Below are positions 53,329 to 64,000 of a stretch of DNA of 64,000 nt, in pieces; position 1 is the stretch's first letter; the number at the start of each line of letters is the position of its first letter. The stretch is from NCBI RefSeq assembly GCF_009914755.1, contig NC_060928.1. The stretch is one strand, 5' to 3'. The notes beneath the pieces are model-generated. The model was not told where the DNA came from. It saw nothing but the letters and a program-made list of their open reading frames with translations, and searched no databases. The DNA comes from the human T2T-CHM13v2.0 reference genome, Homo sapiens. The translations under genes and the position numbers were made by a program.

Positions 53329-53723
53329 TGTATTAGTTTCCTAAGTCTGCTGTAACAAAATATCATGAACCAGATGGTTTAAAACAACAGAAATTCATTC
53401 TCCCACAGTTCTGAATGCTACAAGTCTAAAGGCAAGTTGTTGGCAAGGCCCTCTCTGAAGGCTCTTGGGGAGAATCTGTTCTATGCCTTTCTTTGAACTC
53501 TGGTGTTGCAGCTAATCCCTATCATTCCTTGGCCTCTAGATGCCTCACTCCAATCTCTGCCTCTGTCCTCACATGTCATTCTCCCTGTGTCTGTGTCTCT
53601 TCTTATGAGGACACAAATCATACTGGATTAGAGCCCCATACTACTCCAGAATGACCTCTTTTTTTGCCTCAACTAATTACATCTGCAAAGACTCTACTTC
53701 CAAATAAGGTCACATTTTGAGGG
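53329..53723 (-). mobile_element. MLT1B/C MaLR LTR
   Basis: 'tgtattagtttcctaagtctgctgtaacaaa...aaacaacagaaattcattctcccacagttctg...ttccaaataaggtcacatt'. Confidence 0.88.
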
Positions 53724-54354
53724 AGGAAGGTAGAGAAAGGAGCGGGGTGGCGGAGGGGAGAGAAACAGAGAGAAAGGAGAAAAAGAGAGAGAGAGTAGTG
53801 CCTTGAAAAAATGTTAAATTGACTCTACTTAGGTCAATTTTGAATGAAAGGGCTTTACTTTAATATGATATAAAATTCATTGGTGTTATGACACCTAAAC
53901 AATTGTGACACTTGCACATTCTATGTAACTAAAAGGTGGGTTACATTTGGAATGGCTAGGGTGTTACTAAATATAAAAAGGATCTTACGCTTTCAAAGAT
54001 TCTATTGACTTAGCTCTATTTGTAGTAGTTTTGATGATGTCACAGGTCAACACTATAACTAAACACAGACCTTAACATGTGCCTTGAAAATTTCAGGAGA
54101 AGTCTAGCTAGTTTGAATCTGTGTGTGAGGTCCATGAGCCAAGAAATACTTTCTTTTAACAAGGATGAAAATTCCCAACTAAAGTTGGTTGGGCAGAGGC
54201 TAGTGTATTTGACAAACATTTATTCAGCATCTTTCCCATTGACGATAAGAGGACAGGCTCCCAGAGTAACAGGAAGAGACAGAGAAAAACTAATAAAAGC
54301 TTACAGGGGGACTGATAGAAGAATGTGCAGAGTATAGTAAGGTCACAAAGAAGG

Positions 54355-54550
54355 AAATCGCTATGAGCTGGACTGGACTGCCTAGACAGCCTGAGAGCAA
54401 ATCTTGGTTCTACCAGTTCCTGGTTACCAGTTTTTAGGTAAATTATATGACCTTTGTATAATTTATGCATTAATTTGTTAATGCATAGATGTGACAATAG
54501 TATTACTTCATAGTGTTATTTTGAATATTAAATGGGAAATCACTAATGCA
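54355..54550 (+). mobile_element. MIR SINE
   Basis: 'gactgcctagacagcctgagagcaaatcttggttctacca...ttacttcatagtgttattttgaatattaaatg'. Confidence 0.65.
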
Positions 54551-54985
54551 TTAATAAGGACCTTTTTGGTCATTAGTGACAAACGCATTCCAATTAGTTA
54601 AAGCATAAAAGGGAATTAATTGGCTTAAGTAATTTGGATGTCCACAGGTACATTTGGCTTTAGCCACAGATGCATCTTGGCAGTGATGCTGACAAGATAT
54701 GGTCTTCATCTTTTGGCTGACTTCTTTATTAGACTTCATTCTCAGGCAGTCTTTCCCAGGGTAGTGACAAAAAATGCCTAATAGCAACCCCAGAATTTAA
54801 CCCTAACAGTGGGAAGCAAATACTGCTCTACCAATAGTTCCTGTAGAAGTCCTAGGTAGAAATGTCATTGAACAGACTTCGAAAATGTTGCCATCCTTCA
54901 CAAGGGTTGGGAAGGGAGATGGGACCAATCACTGAGATTGAGGAAGCAGGGATCGATACTGGCAAGGAGGAAAACACATCTACCA
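54550..54985 (-). mobile_element. MLT1J-like MaLR LTR
   Basis: 'agcataaaagggaattaattggcttaagtaa...cttcattctcaggcag...gaccaatcactg'. Confidence 0.65.
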
Positions 54986-55369
54986 TGTTGACATGTAGAG
55001 CTCATGACTCTTATTTTGGCTTCTGGGAATGTTGTGTATTATCTATCATTATCTATTACTGTTTTTTTTAAACCAGCCCTACTAGGTGTTAATCTTGTCC
55101 CTAAGTAAAACTGGGCTTCCAAATATAAAAGTAGTTATCAACAGAATGTGCTGAATAGCTGGATTTGAAATGGAAAAAGGAAAAGAACCATTTAAAAAGC
55201 TTCAAGTGTCTATTTTGTAAGCAGAATCCAAAGAAGCAACATTTTTATCCACATATCAGCTATTTTAATGTCCATAAAATATAGAGAATAAAAAAGGAAT
55301 TCTTGAATTATGTTTCAATATAGTCACGCTTTTCTCTTCTTAAACAAGTTGATTTTTTTCCATTAAAGA

Positions 55370-55586
55370 TGGAATAATAATATCTAGCAGTTATAGAGTG
55401 CTTATTATGTGCTAGGAACTGTTCTAACTAGTTTATTTATATTAATTCACTTAATCCTATGAGAGTGATTCTATTGTTACTGTCGTTTTACGGAGTGATA
55501 CATTTGAATCACAGAGAAGTTAAGAAATTTGCCCAATTTCATGCAACTAGTAAGTGTAGAACTGCAATTCAAATACAGGTAGTCCA
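55370..55586 (-). mobile_element. MIR SINE (host of AluY)
   Basis: 'gagtgcttattatgtgctagga...cacagagaagttaagaaatttgccca...actagtaagtg'. Confidence 0.85.
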
Positions 55587-57050
<1,464 letters not shown>

Positions 57051-57084
57051 TAAACCAGTTATCTTCATATGTCCCGGTCTTTTA

Positions 57085-57868
57085 GTTTCTGAGTTTAGAT
57101 GTTACCTTCTCAAAGAGACTTCTTTTCCCTATCAAATGCTGTTGTGCGTCCCTGCCAGCTGTATTCTAGCACATTACTCATTTTGTATTCTTCATAGCAT
57201 TCATTACAACCTAAAATTATCTTACTCCTTTATTACTCTTACCTGCTCTTTATTATCATCATCCTTGCCTTCCTGGGAATAGGAACTCTAGCTGTACAGT
57301 GATCTGATGCCTACAATGGTGCTGGGAATGCCATTGAGGTTAATGATTATATGCACAGGCTCTGGAGCTGGTCAACCTGGGTTTAAATCCTGCTCAACAA
57401 TTTACTTGAGTATGTTACTCCACCTCCTTTAGGCTCCATTTTATTGCCCATAACATAAAGATAATCATAGTACCTACCTTATAGAGTAGCTGTGAGAATT
57501 AAACGAATTAGTACAAGTAAAACATTTAGAATAGAAGCTAACACATGATTAAAACAAAAACACATATAGCACTTCATAATATGTGCCAGGCACTGTTGTA
57601 AGCACTTTATAAATGACAACTCATTTAATCCTCACAACCAAATTATCATTGTTTCCATTTTCACATGAGAAAACTGAGACATAGTTGGGTTAAGTGACTT
57701 TGCCCGGGATCGAGTTAGTGAGTGGCAGAGCCAAGATTTAAAAATACCTCAGCAATCTGGCTTCAGAGTCCATGCTCTTAATTACGGCGTTATGTTGCCC
57801 AAGGCACTTGGTAAGTGTTAGTTGTTATTATTAGACTAAGTACTCAATACATTAGATAAATGAATGAA
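57085..57868 (+). mobile_element. L2 3' end containing a MIR (+, 57332-57833) that itself contains a MIR (-, 57560-57797)
   Basis: L2 terminus 'taagtactcaata...aatgaatgaa'; outer MIR 'ggctctggagc...cctgggtttaaatcc'; inner MIR 'atgtgccaggcactg...ctcatttaatcctcacaac'. Confidence 0.75.
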
Positions 57869-58432
57869 ATAAAATATCTCTGATTAATTTCTTAGGATTT
57901 AGTTCCAGAACTGAAATTATTAAACACTTGGTTAGAAAGAAATGGTAATGAATAGTTTTAAAGCTGCTAATATATGTTTCCAAAAAGATGCTGGAGGTCA
58001 GGAAACATGTTAAGACATTTGATGTCACAATGCCAAAGCACATGTGATACACCATAGGATACTTAGTAAGTGTTTCACAAACGTGTAAATAGCCCTTCTA
58101 AAAGGGCTATATCAGCATATACTATCACACAAAATATGGAAATATGTTCATTTCACCAGGTCCTTTTTGAAAATGAGTACCATAATTTTATTATCTTTTT
58201 CAGTTTGATAGGCAAAAAAATAGTTTCTCATTTTTCCCATTCTCATCTTTATTATTCTCTGAGTTCCTTAATTCAACAAATATTAATTGTATGTCTACTG
58301 CACTATGTTTCAGACAAATATTGGAAACATATTATTTAACAAAATCCCTGAACAAGACTCACATACTTGCCTCATGGGTTTGTTGTGATGATTAAAGAAT
58401 ACAGATAAATATCTTAGAAACATGCAACTACC

Positions 58433-58501
58433 TGAGCCGAGATCCCGCCACTGTACTCCAGCCTGGGCAGCAGGGTGAGATCCCGTCTCAAAAAAAAAAA
58501 C
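58433..58501 (+). mobile_element. Alu 3' fragment
   Basis: 'tgagccgagatcccgccactgtactccagcctggg...gtctc' plus A-tail. Confidence 0.9.
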
Positions 58502-58514
58502 AAAAGCACTACAG

Positions 58515-58810
58515 TAGGGAAAAGAGGGGATAGGGAGAGGTTTGTTAAATAATACAAAATTACAGTTAGAAAAAAATAAGTTCTAGTGTTCTATGGCACT
58601 GTAGGATGCCTATAGTTAATAATAATATGTAGTTTCAAATAGCTAGACAGAGGACACTGAATGTTGTCAACACAAAGAAATGATAAATGTTTGAGATGAT
58701 GATATGCTAATTACTCTCATCTGATTAGTATACATTATATGTATTGCAGCATCACTCTGTACCCCATAAATATGTACAATTGTTATGCATCAACTTAAAA
58801 AAGTAAAAAA
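58515..58810 (+). mobile_element. L1MA4/5-like 3' end
   Basis: 'tacaaaattacagttaga...aataagttctagtgttcta...caacacaaagaaatgataaatgtttgagatgatg...gtaccccataaatatgtacaa'. Confidence 0.85.
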
Positions 58811-58819
58811 TAGAACAAA

Positions 58820-58950
58820 TTGAGTTCAGTGTATACCGCTCAAATGTTGGGTGCACTAAAATCTCACAAATCATGACTAAAGAACTTACTCATGTAACCA
58901 AATGCCACCTGTTCCCCAAAAAACTATGGGAAATTAAAAAAAAATTAAAA
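58820..58950 (+). mobile_element. L1PB-like 3' end
   Basis: 'gggtgcactaaaatctcacaaatcatgactaaagaacttactcatgtaaccaaa...cacctgttccccaaaaacta' plus A-tail. Confidence 0.85.
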
Positions 58951-58964
58951 AAAACCACTACAGA

Positions 58965-60160
58965 TGGATTGGGACAGGTAGATGACAGGTAGGTAAAATT
59001 GTATAAAGGCAACTGCCCTGGGCAGTGTTGCCATGCTAAAGATGAAAGAGGTTGAAGTTTAGGACCTGCAAGGGTGAAGTGGCTCAGATGAACACGGGAA
59101 GCTTTCATTTGTGCTCCTTCAACAGTTAAATTTCAAGACTAAAGGCTAAACTTGGAAATAAGGGCAAACCAGAAATAGATTGGCCTTCATGATGACAGAA
59201 ACATAGCCTTGACTGGAACAAGATAATCTGCATTTACTTTGCATGTCAGAAGAAATGAAATCTTTTCTGGTTTGGATATCATCCAGAACCTAAATGTTGT
59301 CATATGCAATGTCCAGTATGTAGTCATAAATTACCAAAACACCAAGAATATCAAGAAACAAAATCAAATTGATGAAAATTAAGAAATAAAATAAATAATA
59401 AAAGCAGAACCATAAATTACCCAGAAATTGAAGTTATTAGACATAGACTATTAAATAACTAGTATTAAAATGTTCAAGAAAACAGAGGAACATGATATAT
59501 TTTAACAGAGAGCTGGAGTCTATAAAAGTGAATAAACAGAAAGAGTACATTTATAGGTAAATTAGGTGAAATCTGAATAAAATCTGGGATTTGTTATTAA
59601 CGATCCAGCTGGTCCTTGACTTAGGATGGTTCGACAGTTTTTTTGAATTTACAATGGTGTAAAGGCAATATGCATTTAGTAGAAACTGTTCTTAGAACTT
59701 TGAATTTTGAAATTTTCCTGGATTAGTGATATGCACTATGATACACTTGAGATGCTGGGCAGCAGCAGTGAGCTACCACTCCCAGTCAGCCACATGATCA
59801 TGAGAAAAAACAACCAATACCCTCTAGGGTCCTGTGTTTCCAGTTGATTTTGCCCAACTATAGGGTAATATAAGTGTTCTGAGAGTATTTAAGGTAGGCT
59901 AGGCTGAGCTATAATGTTCAGTAGCTTAGGTGTGTGTTAAATGAATTTTCAGCTCATGATATTTTCAACTTACAATGGGTTTATTCGGACATAACCCCAT
60001 CTTAAGTGGAGAAGCATCAGTGTAACAGTGTTATTTTCTCAGTTTTGACAAATGGGCAATGGTAATGTAAAATGTTAACAATTTGGGAAGCTAGCTGAGG
60101 GATATAGAGGAACTCTCTGTACTGTCTTTATGACTTTATTATATATCTAAAAATATTTAC
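58965..60160 (+). mobile_element. Old L1M fragments (ORF1-like, then L1MC/MD 3' end) split by MER47
   Basis: 'attgaagttattagacatagactattaaataact...atgttcaag'; 'gttttgacaaatg...atgtaaaatgttaaca...ggaactctctgtact'. Confidence 0.6.
59606..60020 (-). mobile_element. MER47B-like Tigger MITE
   Basis: TIR-like ends 'cagctggtccttgacttaggatgg' and 'ccccatcttaagtggagaagcatcag'; internal 'tttaaggtaggctaggctgagctat'; about 415 bp. Confidence 0.85.
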
Positions 60161-60309
60161 CTCTGATATATTTCAAGCCATTTATACATAAAGTACATAA
60201 GGGTAGGGATTTTGGCTTGTTTTGATCATTGATGTTTCTATGATAACTTGAGTTATGCCTGACTCCTATAGGTACTCAAAAGATACTTGTTGATTACATT
60301 AGTCTTTAT

Positions 60310-62800
60310 ATTTGTATGTTTGTTTTTATTAGTTTCTTTTATTATTGTTATAATTTTACTTATTTGAGTTGCTTTTGGCTTATTCTATTCTTTTTGTAAA
60401 TTCTTAAGTTTGAGGCCCATTTAGATAATTAATTTTTATATTTTCTTTGTTCTAGTATATGTTTCTAAGCCTTTAAATTATTCTCTAATTTCTGTATTGT
60501 CATAATTTTAATATAGAATATTTCCATTATTATATGTGTAAATATTTTCTAATTTTTATTAGAATTTTGTTTTTGACCAAAAGTTCTTAAGATTGGGCAT
60601 TTCAGAATTTCCAAACTTACCAGGTTTTCAAAGCTATCTTTTTATTATTGATTTCTAACTTTTTGGGAATACAATGAAAATAATTTCTTTGGTTAGTATT
60701 TTCATAGTACATCTTTTTTAAAATTTTAATTTTAAGCTATGCTCTGCCTTTAGGTTTGGGGCATATCTCTGTTAAATAGCATATAGCTCAATATTTTCCT
60801 TTAAATCCTATCTGACAATCCACGCTTTTACCATAGTAATGACATATTTAGATTTATTTTTATTTATTTTTGTACTGTTTGTTCCACTTTTTCTGTTTTC
60901 TTCTCTTTTAACCATTTTTGAATTGATACAAGTTTTTCCCCTTTCATTCCATTCTCCCCCTTCTGCTAGTTTGGAAGTTTCTCATTCTGCATCAATTGAA
61001 CTTTTCTTCCTCTGCATTTGATAGTGAATTTCTGACCTGATGCCCAATTCTTTCTAATTTTTTTGTGTGTATTTCCTATAAGCAGTGAAATTCTCCTATA
61101 TTACCACAACACAATAATCAAAAATCAGGAGATTAACAATGATGCATTACTACCATCAAATCTCCAGACCACATCCAAGTTTCACAGGTGGATACCACCA
61201 GATATTCCCCATATGTCTTTTAGGTGAAAATGATGCAGTTCGGGATCACAGGTTGGCTTCACTTACTACTTTGGTTCCCATGTTACTTTTGTTTCCTTCA
61301 GTCTAGGACAGTTCCTCAGTTTATCCTTGTTTTTCATGACCTAAACACTTTTGAAGGTTATAGGATGCCCCTCAATTTGGACTTGTCTGATGCCTCCTCA
61401 TGATCATATTCAGGCTATGCATTTTTATTCAGGTTATACATCTTTGGCAGGAATAACATGGAGTGATTCTTCTCATTGCATCCTATCAGGTGGCATGGCA
61501 GCTTGATTTGTCCAATTACTGATGATAATGTTCACTTGACTAAGGTGGTGTCTGCCAGGCTTCTTTAGTGTAATTATTCTTTCCACTTTGTATATAATGA
61601 GTGGGAAGTGCTTTGAAACTCTATATTCCATCAAACGTTCCATTTAGTATTATTTTATGTATGGACCCATGGTTTCTCATTTTTTTCCAATGGGATGTAT
61701 TTGTCATTATCAACACTTATTTAGATACTGTGGTTGTACCCAGTGGGGTCAGTGGGAGCCTCTTGAACTTGGCTTTTATGTCTTTTTGACATGTCCCCAA
61801 CCTTCTTTGAACATTTTTCTGCTTTCTGACAAATTAAGTTATTCCAGGTTCATCTTGTACTCTCTCTACCCCAATAATGAACTCATTTATTTCTCTGAGT
61901 CCTCATAGACATATATTCACACACTTCTCTATTTTTCTCTATATATTTACTTGCATGTTAAAAACTGTGATTAGTAATGATACTTTCAATTCCAATCCAA
62001 CACCAAATAGTTCATTCACTCTTTCCATGTTTATAAGTCTCTTCTGACTGTGAGACGCTTGCTTCCCATTAACTTTATTACACGTTTACTTACTAATCAC
62101 TTTCTGTATAATCAATCTTTGTAATCAATCTCCCATCGCCTTAGAAAGGAAGTGCTCGTGATGGGAGATTGATTATATTCCTTCCTTTCCATGCTAAGCT
62201 GCCAGTGTGCAAAGATGCCCTCCTCATCTTGAACAGGCTCTGACATCCTCTTCCTGTCCTTTTCTGGTATGGATACCCCCTTCTCCCAGCTTCAGCTCTG
62301 ATCTCCCATGGTGGGCTATCCCCCTCGATGAATGCTGTCTTCACCCTGCTCAGGCTCTGATATCCAGTCCTGAGATACCTCTCTGCTGGGATGCCTTTCT
62401 TACCTTTAGCTTCTAGACCCCATATGGACATTCTCATGTGCCTCTGCATGGATGTTCTCCTTACCTCACTGTGGCTCTAATTTCCCATATAGAAGGACTA
62501 TCCTTCTATCTAGACCATTTATTTCTCTACCTGGGCTCTGATAACCTTTTCTGGGTCTTTGTAAGTCCCCCTGGTTTGCTCCTCCCCAAATTCTTAGTTT
62601 TAGAACAAAAATACAGAAAGAGCTGAAAATCTACTCTAAAAATTTTAACATGTGTACTTAACCTAACAAAATCTAAATTTAATCAGTATCTTTATCCTTC
62701 TCACTAACAGTATAGATGCTTTAAAATACTTTACGTCTGATAACCTTCTCCCCTTACTTGTATGCTATAATTCAGTTTTTAGTTCTCCTTGCATTTTTAT
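60310..62800 (-). mobile_element. Old antisense L1 remnants (L1ME plus L1MC4/5-like 3' UTR)
   Basis: T-rich ORF2 remnants; 'ggatgcccctcaatttggacttgtctgatg'; degenerate tandem 'gatgccctcctcac...ggctctga' units at 62200-62490. Confidence 0.65.
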
Positions 62801-63509
62801 ACCAGCTCTTTGGGGTAATATTTGTCTGGTGGACCCTCTTCTATCTTTTAACTTTTACCTATTTGCACATTTCCTGATAATCTTACAGGGCATTGAGGTT
62901 CAAGAAAATCATATAAGGCTTTGGACCTCACTTTCATTATTTTCCAATTTGAAGAAGCGTAGATTAATCTTTCAAGGTTTTATTTTAACTCAAAAATTCT
63001 AGAGATCACACCAACTGTGTGAGATATTATATGTGAAAACAATTCAAAGTGGAAAATGCTACACAAAGGGGACATATTAAACATGAAGGTAATCAAAGTA
63101 TGGTTAGTTTCCTTTGCCTCTTGTGATATGATTCATACTGCTGTGGTACACAGCATAAGCCAAGAAAATAGATTGCTCAAAGCACTGCATACAGAGGAAA
63201 AAGCCCTGATAATGACTTAGGGAAGGTTTGTACTCACTTATTAATCATTTCATATCATCTGCATTTTGGTTCTACACCTGGTATTGTCATGAACCCTTTC
63301 TGAGTTGCCCTTGCATTTCCTAGTTTTTACCTTCTCCAACACAATAAGAGTTAATTGTAGCAGACATTCAGCAAATACTTGTAGATTGAGCCAGTTTGAA
63401 TTTTCTTCTCACTCACTGAAACTGAGAGTTGCCCCACTTTGAGATCTATTGGTATAAAAGGTGCCATATCTATGTGCAGCTTCATCATCATTATGTTATT
63501 AAGCATCAT

Positions 63510-63710
63510 CCGTCTATTCATTCATTTAGTGTTGATTGAGTACCTGTCGTGTATAGGCATTGTGCTGAGTTCTGTGTGTCCAGTGATAAAAAAGAAAAGA
63601 TCTCTGGTGCCTAAGCTCACAGACTAGTGGAGGAGTCACACATGTATTCACAATACAATGTGCTAAGTGTTTCACAATACAATGTGCTAAGTGTTATAAT
63701 ATGCTCAGAT
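63510..63710 (-). mobile_element. L2 3' end with 24-bp tandem duplication
   Basis: 'attcattcatttag...attgagtacctg...aggcattgtgct...aagctcacagactagtgg'. Confidence 0.75.
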
Positions 63711-63861
63711 AAAAAAGTGAGAAAATTAATTGTAAATATTTTATAGGGTCAGAATGAGATAGTCAATTTAAAGAACTTAGAATAATGCCTTAGATGTAGT
63801 AAGTGATCAGAATGTGAGATATCATTATCACTATTATTATTAAGGAAATAATGGTACATGA

Positions 63862-63993
63862 GGCCAGACATGGTGGCTCAAGCCTGTAATCCCAATACTT
63901 TGAGATTGCTTGTGCCCAGGAGTTCAAGACCAGCCTGGGCAACATAGTAGAACACTGTCACTATCAAAAAACAAACAAACCAACCAACAAACA
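63862..63993 (+). mobile_element. FLAM / free left Alu monomer with internal deletion
   Basis: 'ggccagacatggtggctcaagcctgtaatccca...cccaggagttcaagaccagcctgggcaacatag' followed directly by an (AAAC/AACC) tail. Confidence 0.85.
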
Positions 63994-64000
63994 GTAGTGT

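Noticed and set aside
62200-62490. Degenerate 50-60 bp repeat units, superficially array-like
   Set aside because: Matches the internal tandem units I recall from L1MC4/5-type 3' UTRs; not CRISPR and not novel

Overview
AT-rich primate genomic DNA (human or great ape; it carries AluY and L1PA2), intergenic or deep-intronic in character. I find no supportable protein-coding gene, RNA gene or CpG island. The ORF track is explained by Alu and L1 translations plus chance ORFs. The window is a mosaic of interspersed repeats: Alu, L1PA/PB/MA/MC/ME, L2, L3/CR1, MIR, MaLR and ERVL solo LTRs, and hAT/Tigger MITEs. Repeat family calls come from recalled consensus sequences, subfamilies are tentative, and boundaries of old elements are approximate. 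I did not find a new biological system. The most interesting signals are mutational scars readable directly in the sequence: (1) an L1PA insertion with both a twin-priming 5' inversion and an apparent 38-bp 3' transduction inside one 17-bp TSD; (2) a second twin-primed L1 only 1 kb away; (3) a 41-bp near-perfect fold-back with nested templated fragments inside an old MIR; (4) a 41-bp copy of local sequence captured in an Alu tail; (5) another templated patchwork at about 19.6 kb. There is also a repeat-poor candidate enhancer block at about 49.4-52.9 kb and a few candidate non-coding exons on the + strand.
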